Shown in pieces: positions 18,090 through 26,606 of a stretch of DNA of 45,893 nucleotides. The number at the start of each line of letters is the position of its first letter. Position 1 is the stretch's first letter. The notes beneath the pieces were generated by a model. The model was not told where the DNA came from, did not search any database, and worked only from the letters and a program-made list of their open reading frames with translations. The position numbers were made by a program, and so were the translations under genes. This DNA comes from an uncultured Bifidobacteriaceae bacterium (lineage in GTDB: Bacteria > Verrucomicrobiota > Verrucomicrobiia > Limisphaerales > JADLHS01): the NCBI GenBank assembly GCA_964574525.1, contig CAZNOE010000003.1:1-45893 (forward strand), written 5' to 3'.

Positions 18090-18836
18090 TCAATAGGGTA
18101 TGTACTGATCACGCGAACTGGATTCGGAAGCCATCCACGGCACAGGCTTACCGGTTGATGCGCTCACCAGACCGAAATCCAAGCTGGTGAGGGCTTTGTA
18201 CTTGGAGTATTTCGCATGGCCATCGCAAAACACCAGGTTTCCGCCTTGCTCGTGAGCATTAGACATATATTCGACTTTTGTGGTGTCACCCCACGTGTGC
18301 CACTGGGTGTACCAGTCGCGAGGCGGGTCCGCATAGAGACCGCCTTCCGGTTCGGTCAGGTAGAGCGCGGAGCGGACGTTGGATTCCTGGATGACGACCG
18401 TGCCAGCGGGGTTGCGGATGTTATTCAGCTTCCGGTCGATCACAAACTGACTCGGGAAGAGTCCGGCATCACTGGTTATCGTGGGTGGAAAGTTGTCCGA
18501 GGGTTTCAGTGACGGGCAGGCATACACGCGTGTGCTACTGAGGCCATCCACCTTACTACCGAGGTACGGCATCAAAACCTTCAAGACGTTGTCCGGCGCG
18601 TTTGGATCGCCAAAGTAAGGCACATTATGCGCCGTTGGCAACCGGCCAGCACTGGTGTCGTTGTACATGCTGTACGCAAGTCCAACCTGGCGCATCTGGC
18701 TGAGGCATTGGGTGCGCTTGGCCTTTTCCTTGGCTTTGGCCAAAGCCGGCAGCAGCATGGCGGCAAGCATTGCGATGATGGCGATCACCACCAGCAGTTC
18801 GATCAATGTAAAGCCTTTCTGACACTTCGTTTTCAT
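18090..18836 (-). CDS. Prepilin-type N-terminal cleavage/methylation domain protein, H-X9-DG family, copy 3
   Basis: Trimmed to the ATG at 18834-18836. N-terminus [33 protein letters not shown]-terminal [13 protein letters not shown] fits H-X9-DG. Confidence 0.85.
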   Translation of the reverse strand: MKTKCQKGFTLIELLVVIAIIAMLAAMLLPALAKAKEKAKRTQCLSQMRQVGLAYSMYNDTSAGRLPTAHNVPYFGDPNAPDNVLKVLMPYLGSKVDGLSSTRVYACPSLKPSDNFPPTITSDAGLFPSQFVIDRKLNNIRNPAGTVVIQESNVRSALYLTEPEGGLYADPPRDWYTQWHTWGDTTKVEYMSNAHEQGGNLVFCDGHAKYSKYKALTSLDFGLVSASTGKPVPWMASESSSRDQYIPY

Positions 18837-18866
18837 TTTACTGGAGCCTGGTTTGAATTTCACGTT

Positions 18867-18910
18867 TGCACAAACACAAAGCTGCCGGCGGACGGGATTC
18901 CGCCAGCAGC
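18867..18910 (-). terminator. Rho-independent terminator between the GH43-like remnant and prepilin cassette 3
   Basis: A 12-bp stem (18881-18892 / 18899-18910) with a 6-nt loop. The single non-Watson-Crick pair is G.U on the minus-strand RNA but C.A on the plus strand. The minus-strand tail is UUUGUGUUUGUGCA. Confidence 0.65.
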
Positions 18911-18944
18911 CTGGCAAACCTTGAGTTCGCGCCAAGTCACTGTC

Positions 18945-19693
18945 TCAGCCGTGCGTCCATTGTGCGCCCCCGCTGCCCCACGTTTCCATTCGATTGCCGA
19001 CAAAAACAATGCGATTTTCGCCAAACGTAAGGACCGCTACTCCGGGGCTAAAAGAGCCATTGATCATGCCGCATCGGCATGCGGGGATATTCGCCGTGGA
19101 CGTTCTTCGGTGGACAAACACCACCACTTGCCGGGTTTGTCCTTGTCTTCGACCAGATAGGGATCTATCAGCCGCCCCATTTTTTCCACCGGCACCTCCG
19201 GGCCTTTGACCATCAGCCGTTCGGGCGGCCCCCAGTTCTCGAGGTCGTCACTTCTCATGATCCAGACGCGGCAGTCCTTGTTGCCGTACTTTTCGCCTTT
19301 CGGACGCGGGTAGGTTTGCAGGCAGAGCACCCACTGATTGTTGAAACGGATGACGTTGCCCGGGCTGCAGAAGTTCAGGTTGCGATCGCGCGGCGTGAAG
19401 ATTTTCGGCTCAGTCCAGTGAGCGAGGTTGGTGTTCTTGCTCCAAGCGGTGTAAGAAAAATTTTTCCCGTCCGGCTCGGTCTTCACGAGCGTGAAGTAAA
19501 GATGGAACACCCCATCGTGATAAACCGCAGCAGGATCACGAAACGCCGTGACAGCGTCGCCTTTGAACACGACCGGCGATGAGAAAGCGGAAAAGTCCAC
19601 TCCACCCCATGCGGGGAGTGCGGCCATGCACAGCCCCAAGAAGAAAAGCTGGATTTTCACCGCGACTGCGGTGCTGTGAAACAATCGGATCAT
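18945..19693 (-). pseudogene. GH43-like glycosidase, copy 2, frameshifted and 3'-truncated remnant
   Basis: ORF 19064..19777, with real ATG at 19691-19693 overlapping the sialidase stop (ATGA), is about 85% identical in protein to copy 1 up to ...DKPGKWWC. Then the frame breaks near the A-run at 19116-19118. Weak similarity continues in ORF 18945..19127 (FGENRIVFVGN versus SGENPCVLVEN). That ORF ends about 90 aa short of copy 1. Confidence 0.7.
19118..19594 (-). repeat. Segmental duplication, copy B (core of the GH43-like gene)
   Basis: See copy A at 14509-14986. Confidence 0.85.
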
Positions 19694-20751
19694 TTCGGCC
19701 ACTCGCCGTTTGGCATTGCGCGCAACTTCAGCTTCGTTGGGTCGAGCACCACGTATTTCACGCGCTGACGCTTCCAAGTATAAGTCGTGTGGACGAGGCC
19801 GTCACTCGTCTGGATTACCGCAGGGTAACTGTATTCCCCCGGTTCGCTTTCTAGCACGAGGGCGGCCTGCCATTCCTTGCCGTCGCTTGAAACGGCGACA
19901 TTCAGCGGTGAGCGGCCCTTCGCCGTGTGGTTGTAAACCACCAGATGGTGTCCATCTTTGAGGGTCACGGCATCGGTGCCTGCATTCGGATTGGGTAGCA
20001 TGGTCGCGGTCATTTTGCCCCAAGTCTTGCCACCGTCTTCAGACCAGATCTGAAAGATTTGTTTCTGCCGCGTCCGCCCGATCGCCTGGAGTTTGCCGTT
20101 CTTGTGAAACAGAATGCTTGGCTGGATCGCGCCAAACTCCTTGCCATCGTTCACCGGCTCGGTTTTCTGCCAGGTCTTTCCAGCGTCGGTCGTGCGCTCG
20201 AAATGCACGCGCCAACCGGCGTGCTCGGTGCTCGAACCGGCAAGGATGTCGCCGTTGGCGAGTTGCACCGGTTTGTTCTTGATTGGACCCACGATGCCGT
20301 CGGGCAGTCGGCGGGACTTGGACCAGCTTTTGCCACCATCTTCGGAAGTCATCAACATCCCCCACCAACTCTTGGGATCAGGTCCGACCTTGTAAAACAA
20401 CATCAGTGCTCCGCTCTTCGGCTGGAACAATACCGGATTCCAGCAAGGATAACGCTTTTCCGGCGATTCCACGCCGTTGGCAACTTCCACCGGCGCGGTC
20501 CACTTGCCGTCCTGCTGGCGGGAAAGCCAGATGCCGACATCAGGGTTTCCTTCCCCGGTTCCGCCAAACCACGCGGCGATAAGCCCGCCCTTGGTTTCAG
20601 CGATGGTCGAAGCGTGACAACTGGGGAACGGCGCCGTTTCGTAAATGAATTCGCTGTGGACGATGCCCGGTTCGCCCGCGGAAATTTTTGCGGCAACAAA
20701 CGTCAGCATGCCTGAAGCGATCGCGATGGTTTTGAAGGTCGTTGTTTTCAT
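19690..20751 (-). CDS. BNR/Asp-box repeat sialidase-like protein (GH33-like six-bladed propeller), secreted
   Basis: ATG at 20749-20751 with signal peptide MKTTTFKTIAIASGMLTFVAAKISAG. Four Asp-boxes are present: SEDGGKSW, TTDAGKTW, SEDGGKTW, SSDGKEW. I saw no classic FRIP motif, so specificity is uncertain. Confidence 0.8.
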   Translation of the reverse strand: MKTTTFKTIAIASGMLTFVAAKISAGEPGIVHSEFIYETAPFPSCHASTIAETKGGLIAAWFGGTGEGNPDVGIWLSRQQDGKWTAPVEVANGVESPEKRYPCWNPVLFQPKSGALMLFYKVGPDPKSWWGMLMTSEDGGKSWSKSRRLPDGIVGPIKNKPVQLANGDILAGSSTEHAGWRVHFERTTDAGKTWQKTEPVNDGKEFGAIQPSILFHKNGKLQAIGRTRQKQIFQIWSEDGGKTWGKMTATMLPNPNAGTDAVTLKDGHHLVVYNHTAKGRSPLNVAVSSDGKEWQAALVLESEPGEYSYPAVIQTSDGLVHTTYTWKRQRVKYVVLDPTKLKLRAMPNGEWPK

Positions 20752-20814
20752 GTATAATTCAGAGGTTTTTCCGTAAGCGTTTTTGGGCTCACGGCCATGG
20801 AGTCTCGGAGTCGG

Positions 20815-23800
20815 TCAGGGTGAACTTTTTTGGGGATTATCCGGCACCGCTTGCAGGTAGTGCCAGATCGCATCGAATTGTTTGCGCGCGTCGCCGTCGA
20901 GCACGGTCGCGATGGGCGTGGTGGTTTGGTCGGCGGAGAACTGCGGCATCTTCGAACCAGGCTCGACGCGAAGGGGATTCAGTACCCAGCGCTGATAATA
21001 CTCGTAGCGCAACCGGTCTTTCACCATGGCGAAGTTGACGCCCTGATTGTCGAACGCGGCGACCGGTGCTTGCGTGCCAACGCCGTGACACTGGATGCAG
21101 TTGAAGCCGTTCTCAGCGAGCGTGAGACGGTGACCGATCTCGGTCAGTGGCGAATCCGGCGGCGGCTCGACGGCAGTGTTCCAAACGACGCCGTGTTCGG
21201 CGGCCAAGCCTCTGGCCAACGGCGCGGCCCGGGAAGCAAATACCGGCATGCGTTGCTTCATCCAAGGACGCGAGCGCGCCGGCAGTTCGCCGGCGAAAAG
21301 TTTCTGCAGCCATTGGCCCTTGAGCTTTTCCCCGGCCCAGGTAAGCGAAGGGACGGGGGCAGGGACGGACTTGCCAGGCTCATCCTCCTGGTTCGCGGCT
21401 TGCAGACGCTCATCGGATTGCCACCGGCTGTTTTGTCCGTCGCGGCTGTGGCAGACGGTGCAATTCAAGGTTGCGATTGTTCGTTGCGCAAATTCCGTCC
21501 GCGCGTCCTGCTTCAGGGAATCTCCACCTGTGCCGAGAAACGCAAGCAACGCCTGCTGCTCGGCTGGCGAAAACCTGAAATCCGGGGCGGCACTCTTGTC
21601 ATGTTCACCAAGACACCCCGCGCTTCGAGGATTCTTGAAAATGTTCACCGCGATTTTCTGATCGCTGGCGGGTTGGTCGGCGCCCGAGTGACAGTTCGCG
21701 CAACGCAACTCGCCGAACAATGCCGCACCGCGCCGGGCATCCGCATGACTGAGTTCCGTCGCCTGCGCGAGGCGGCCGGCGGCGTTTGCGCCCAGATACG
21801 ACGCGAGCGCGGCAGCTTCGTCGTCCGTCAGCCGGAAATCCGGCATGCGAGTCCATGCGTAGTGCTGCGCCGGCGCGCGAAGAAATTCCTTCAGCGCGCC
21901 CGGCTGAAACTTTGCGTTCACGAAATGCAGCGAGGTCCGGCCTTCGGCATCCTTGCCCGCCGGTGTGTCGAGGGTGTGGCAACCGACGCAGCCCAGGCTC
22001 GAAAACAGCGCTTGTCCTTCCGTCACGTTGTTTTCGAGCTTAGGCTGCGTCGCATCGCCGCCCGTCAAAGTTCCGAGATACGCCGCGAGGTCCGCCGCGG
22101 CCTGGCGGTTGGTCGCTCCACCGCTTTCATGCAGCAGGCGTGGCATGGTCACCTGGCTGCGCACACGCGCTGGCTCCAGCAACCAGTGGAAAATCCACTC
22201 GCGCGTCAACCGACTTCCCACGCCCGTCAACAACGGCACGTCGCGCTGAAGTTCCGGCATGACATCGTGTTCACCCTTCTTGATCGGAACCTGGTGACAT
22301 TTGGCGCAGTTGCGCTCGGAAAAAAGCTCGCGTCCGAGCCGCAGCGATTCCCGCGCGCGAACCAAACCATCGGGGTTGCAGAAGAGATTCGCTGGCGGAA
22401 CGGGTTCGGCCGTGAAGTCGTTGCCCTCCCAGTAGAGGCGGACGGCAGCGTCGCCGTTTGTCGGTGAATCGTATTGCAGGTCAATCCGGTTGTAACCTTG
22501 TCGCAGTGAGGCAGGCGTGGGCGAAATCTGTGAAAGCTCGCCTTCGCCGGCCAGCACGAGCTCGCCGTTGATGGTCAACTTCACGCGCCCGTTTCCGCGG
22601 ACACTGAACTTGAATTCGGAACTCAACGGCGTGCGCAACAACCCGTCGAACGCGGCGCTGAACGGCCCTCGCTTCAGAAACGCGGTGGCCGGTTCGCCGG
22701 ACTGGACTTGCAGGGCGACCATGCGGTCGCGACGCGCATCGAGAAATTCTGGCTGGCCGGTGGACGTGAAGCGGACATTGACGCCCGGCAGGAAGCGGCT
22801 CTCCGCAGTTTTGTTCACGCGGCCAATGCCGGCCCCCTTGGGCAGATTCTTCGGCACCAAACGATCCGGCCCAATCGCGTTGATGGTGTTGAAAATGGTT
22901 GATTGAATCAGTTTGCCGTCCGCAGCTTTGAGCGAAATCTGGATCTGCATTTGCATGACGGGCTTGAGGTCCTTGATGGCGAGAAAAACGGTGCGGCCAT
23001 CATCGAGCAACATGGCGGATTCGACCAGCAGGGCATCGTGGCCGATCTGCCCGGGTTGCGAGGGCTTGTAATCCTTGGAGCCATAGGGCTCGTGATAATC
23101 ATAGTTCCACTGCTCGATGGCATAGTTGCCGAAGTCCTCGGCGGAGGCTTTGTCCAGGGGTTCGGCAAACGTGACGGCGATACCTTGTTTTTCGATGTGG
23201 AAATCGCGCGGCAGATAAATTTTCTGGCCCGTGTAGCGCACGCGGTAAAACGCGCCCGGCAGCGATTTGTTGGAACTCCAGCCAAACAAACCGCACACGT
23301 ATAACTGGCCGTCGCGAGGATGAAAGCGTGACCGCATGATGCCCGTTGGAAAGTCCAACGGAAATTTCACCACGCCGCCCTGCGGGACGCCGTTGATCAT
23401 TTCGTACGGCACGAGGTACAAGGCGCCCATGCCATACGACGAGGAGATCATCTGATCCTTGAACGGTCCCCACTTGTCGCTCGTCACCCACAATTGCTCG
23501 GCGGGTGAACGATCGGTCTTCGGCCAGATCCAACAGAGCGGCGGATCGTACGTCGTGGGCTGCGGGCCGCGGTGGTAAGACCACATGTAACCGTAAAAGC
23601 CGCCCGGCTGCACGAGGTTGATGCGATTGGCCGGTGTCCAATGTCCTTCCTGGTCGCTGACGGCGATCTCACCCTTCGGACTCAAGCCCACTCCGTTCGG
23701 CGCGCGAAATCCGTTGCAGACAAACTCGGTGGTTTTGCCGTCCGGCGAGACTTTCAACAGCGTTCCGTGCTGGGGGACCACCGAGTCCAGCGCATGACGG

Positions 23801-25266
23801 CCGCCTTTGGCGTAGTAGAAATTCCCGGCCGGGTCGGTCTGGAGGTCCATGGCGAACTCATGGAAATGTTCCGTGACTTGATGGTCGTTGTTGAAGTTTT
23901 CGTAAAAGTCGGTTTCACCGTCACCGTTCAAATCGTGCAGACGCGTGATCTGGTCGCGGCCGCAGACATAAATCTCGCCGCGAACAATTTTCAATCCCAA
24001 CGGCTGGAACAAGCCTGTGGCGATGCGTTGCCAGGAGAGTTGTCCCAGCGAATCGTCGAGGCCATCAACCACCCACACATCGCCGTCCCACGTGCAAATC
24101 GCCGCCCGCCGCCCGCCCTCGAAGAAATCAAAGCCGCCGAAGCGCATCCGTGCTTTCCACGGGTTATCGGTTGGGGCCGTGATCTGATCAATCACATAGG
24201 CGGCGGTATTTTTGCCGGCTTCGCCCTTGGTCACGAGTTTCTCCGGCCAGCGCCCCGGGCCGCCACGAGTCAACGGCTGAAGGTTTGTCGGCGCGGCGCT
24301 ACGTGCTGCCATCGCGGCGAATTTGGGCAGGTCTGCTTTAGTTCCACGCCAGAGCAGCAGCTTGCGGCGGGTGGTTTTAGAAGCGGGGGCCAGCTTGAGA
24401 CGGATATTTCCGGCGCCATCGAGCGCGAATTGATCGCCCGCCAATGCGCCCGCGCAAGCCACGACGGTGATTTCGGGCGAGGCATCCGAACTCAGCAGCG
24501 CGATGTTGCCCGACGCGGCGGGCCCCCCGGCCACTGCGCGCAGCGACTTGGCGTTAAGCAGTGTACTGGAGGATCCCTCCTGCGCGCAGACTTGGAGAAG
24601 GAGCGGGCTTGCCGAAGGATCAATTTCCAAAGTTCGGGTGAAGGCCCACAAGTCCTGGCCCGTTTCCCCGCCCGGTAATTCCAACACGCCCGTGTCCCCG
24701 ACTTTGTAGGAAAGGACCACCTGATGGCCGTGAAGATAGAGGCCACGATAACGAGCGTTGTCGTGCGCGAGCGGTCCGTACGGAAGTGCTCGTGGGTCGT
24801 CGAAGTTGCCGCTCTTGGCCCAGCCCGGTTTGGGAGGGTTGGCCAACAGTTGCGTGCCGACAATGGAGGAATGTTTGCCGTGCTTGCCGTCGAAGAGAAT
24901 GTTGTTCCAATTAATTGCCCCTCCAGTCCATACCGCAGAAAAACGCAACAGGTCCGTGTCGAAGAGCGCGTAGGTCTGGGAATTGGTATCCAGACAAATC
25001 ATCAGGCCCTTCATGGTCAGGTTGGCCTTGGGCTGTGGCGCTTCAATCGTGGCGGTGAGAAACGGGCCGTAATTCATTTCGCGCCACGGCTCGGCGGGTG
25101 GAATCTTGGTTTCAGCGAGCTTCCGCCCCGCGTCACTCGGCTGCGGGGCGGCGGGATTCGCCGGCGCCGCCCGGCTCGGGGCTGGCAGCGCTGCGAGCAA
25201 GAGTATCAAGGTCAGCCCGCGGACGAAGGGTTGCATAGCAGGCTGAGTTAAGTTCGGAGTCGCCAT
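20815..25266 (-). CDS. Giant secreted penta-haem c-type cytochrome fused to a beta-propeller (PVC membrane-bound-dehydrogenase type) and a PA14-like beta-sandwich
   Basis: The ORF's first codon at 25323 is TTG. The first ATGs are at 25266 (MATPNL) and 25236 (MQPFVRGLTLILLLAALPAPSRA, a signal peptide). Five CxxCH motifs are present: CAKCH, CVGCH, CANCH, CTVCH, CIQCH. The propeller segment is DVWVVDGL...HDLNGDGETDFYENF. Confidence 0.8.
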   Translation of the reverse strand: MATPNLTQPAMQPFVRGLTLILLLAALPAPSRAAPANPAAPQPSDAGRKLAETKIPPAEPWREMNYGPFLTATIEAPQPKANLTMKGLMICLDTNSQTYALFDTDLLRFSAVWTGGAINWNNILFDGKHGKHSSIVGTQLLANPPKPGWAKSGNFDDPRALPYGPLAHDNARYRGLYLHGHQVVLSYKVGDTGVLELPGGETGQDLWAFTRTLEIDPSASPLLLQVCAQEGSSSTLLNAKSLRAVAGGPAASGNIALLSSDASPEITVVACAGALAGDQFALDGAGNIRLKLAPASKTTRRKLLLWRGTKADLPKFAAMAARSAAPTNLQPLTRGGPGRWPEKLVTKGEAGKNTAAYVIDQITAPTDNPWKARMRFGGFDFFEGGRRAAICTWDGDVWVVDGLDDSLGQLSWQRIATGLFQPLGLKIVRGEIYVCGRDQITRLHDLNGDGETDFYENFNNDHQVTEHFHEFAMDLQTDPAGNFYYAKGGRHALDSVVPQHGTLLKVSPDGKTTEFVCNGFRAPNGVGLSPKGEIAVSDQEGHWTPANRINLVQPGGFYGYMWSYHRGPQPTTYDPPLCWIWPKTDRSPAEQLWVTSDKWGPFKDQMISSSYGMGALYLVPYEMINGVPQGGVVKFPLDFPTGIMRSRFHPRDGQLYVCGLFGWSSNKSLPGAFYRVRYTGQKIYLPRDFHIEKQGIAVTFAEPLDKASAEDFGNYAIEQWNYDYHEPYGSKDYKPSQPGQIGHDALLVESAMLLDDGRTVFLAIKDLKPVMQMQIQISLKAADGKLIQSTIFNTINAIGPDRLVPKNLPKGAGIGRVNKTAESRFLPGVNVRFTSTGQPEFLDARRDRMVALQVQSGEPATAFLKRGPFSAAFDGLLRTPLSSEFKFSVRGNGRVKLTINGELVLAGEGELSQISPTPASLRQGYNRIDLQYDSPTNGDAAVRLYWEGNDFTAEPVPPANLFCNPDGLVRARESLRLGRELFSERNCAKCHQVPIKKGEHDVMPELQRDVPLLTGVGSRLTREWIFHWLLEPARVRSQVTMPRLLHESGGATNRQAAADLAAYLGTLTGGDATQPKLENNVTEGQALFSSLGCVGCHTLDTPAGKDAEGRTSLHFVNAKFQPGALKEFLRAPAQHYAWTRMPDFRLTDDEAAALASYLGANAAGRLAQATELSHADARRGAALFGELRCANCHSGADQPASDQKIAVNIFKNPRSAGCLGEHDKSAAPDFRFSPAEQQALLAFLGTGGDSLKQDARTEFAQRTIATLNCTVCHSRDGQNSRWQSDERLQAANQEDEPGKSVPAPVPSLTWAGEKLKGQWLQKLFAGELPARSRPWMKQRMPVFASRAAPLARGLAAEHGVVWNTAVEPPPDSPLTEIGHRLTLAENGFNCIQCHGVGTQAPVAAFDNQGVNFAMVKDRLRYEYYQRWVLNPLRVEPGSKMPQFSADQTTTPIATVLDGDARKQFDAIWHYLQAVPDNPQKSSP

Positions 25267-25457
25267 GTTATTCAGGTAATTAAACCGGTTTGCAGTCCAG
25301 CAGTTCTCCCGTTCACTTGTCAAGAACCCGCAGGCTTCTAATCACTTTCCGCAAAGGATTTGCCGCTTTTCCCATGTTGCCCGGGGACTGATGGGATTAG
25401 TTTCTTCGCCATGCAAGCAGCCATTGGCTGGTTAAAGCCAGGTGGGTGCATGAATTT

Positions 25458-26576
25458 ATGTCAGCCAATAAACAGTTACTTAGCTACATCGCGCACGCCG
25501 CGCCGGCCACGCGGCGGCCCGCCACGGGCAACGAGCCGTTTCTCCGTCCGGAGATCGGCTTCACGCCACGATGGTATAACGACGCGGTGGGAGTCACGTT
25601 TGGAGACCAATGGCACACCGATCCGGCTCACCGCCGCGACACCATCGTCGCCATGGACAAGGAAACCAAACGGCGGTTCGGCAATCGCGCGGACATGGGA
25701 ATCCTTCAGGACTCCGATCAACCGCTCGATCTCCTGACCGGAACCTACGGCGCGCTGCTCATTCCCGGCGTTTACGGCGTGCCGATCAAATTTCAAGAGA
25801 TTGATTGGCCGTGGAGCCAGCACGGTCAGTTTCTCAGCGACGATATGGCTGGCAAACTTCAGCCGCCGGATCTGGACAAGAATCCATACTGGGATCAGTT
25901 CATGAATCAGGTCGAATGGATCGCGAAAGAGAATGGGAAGATCGTTGGCTTTATGAACTGGCAGGGCGTGGTCAACAACTCCTATCGCTTGCGCGGAGAA
26001 GAATTGTTCCCCGACATGATCAGCGAACCCGACCGCGTTAAACACATCTTCGAATGCGTGACGCAGACGATGATTGACGGCATTCACCGGCTCTATGAGC
26101 GGCAAAAGGCGTCAGGAGTGGAATTGACCCATGTGACGATCAGCAACTGCCTGGTCAACCTCCTTTCGCCCGGCCAGTACGAGGAATTCGTGCTGCCTTA
26201 TGACAGCCGCCTCGCCGAAGCCTTCAGCATGATCGGCGTCCACAACTGCGCGTGGAACGCGGATCCCTACGTCGAGCATTACGCCAAACTGCGCGATGTG
26301 GCCTATGTTGACATGGGGTTGGAATCGGATCTCGTCCAGGCGCGGGCGGCGTTCCCCAACGCGCGCCGTGCGTTGATGTACACGCCGATGGAGGTGAAGG
26401 AGAAAACCCTCGAACAGCTCACCAACGATCTTGATCGCGTCGCCCGTGAATACGGCCCTTGCGATATGGTGTTCGCCGACATTGACCGGGGCGTGCCGGA
26501 TCAACGCATCCACGAGTTGATTGATCTGTGCGAAAAGATCTCCGACAAGTACGCAGCCAATCCAGTACAGCCATGA
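25458..26576 (+). CDS. Uroporphyrinogen-decarboxylase-fold (URO-D-like, MtaA/MT-I-type) methyltransferase
   Basis: The ORF opens at GTG 25446 and the first ATG is at 25458. Length is about 372 aa. The pattern TYGALLIPGVYGVPIKFQE, NLLSPGQYEEFVLPYD and IGVHNCAWN matches the URO-D/methylcobamide methyltransferase layout. H266-x-C268 plus C339 resemble the MtaA zinc triad. Confidence 0.7.
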   Translation: MSANKQLLSYIAHAAPATRRPATGNEPFLRPEIGFTPRWYNDAVGVTFGDQWHTDPAHRRDTIVAMDKETKRRFGNRADMGILQDSDQPLDLLTGTYGALLIPGVYGVPIKFQEIDWPWSQHGQFLSDDMAGKLQPPDLDKNPYWDQFMNQVEWIAKENGKIVGFMNWQGVVNNSYRLRGEELFPDMISEPDRVKHIFECVTQTMIDGIHRLYERQKASGVELTHVTISNCLVNLLSPGQYEEFVLPYDSRLAEAFSMIGVHNCAWNADPYVEHYAKLRDVAYVDMGLESDLVQARAAFPNARRALMYTPMEVKEKTLEQLTNDLDRVAREYGPCDMVFADIDRGVPDQRIHELIDLCEKISDKYAANPVQP

Positions 26577-26606
26577 ATTCGCGTCACCCTATGAAAGGAC
26601 TAAATC

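Noticed and set aside
25324-25445. Possible cobalamin, SAM or THF riboswitch ahead of the corrinoid operon. I also noted a sigma70-like TTGTCA-N16-TAATCA at 25317-25344.
   Set aside because: The gap is only about 120-190 nt. I could not find a B12-box-like core or other riboswitch signature by eye. The promoter hexamers are weak matches and the consensus for this phylum is uncertain. This needs an Rfam scan and TSS mapping, so I did not report it as a feature.
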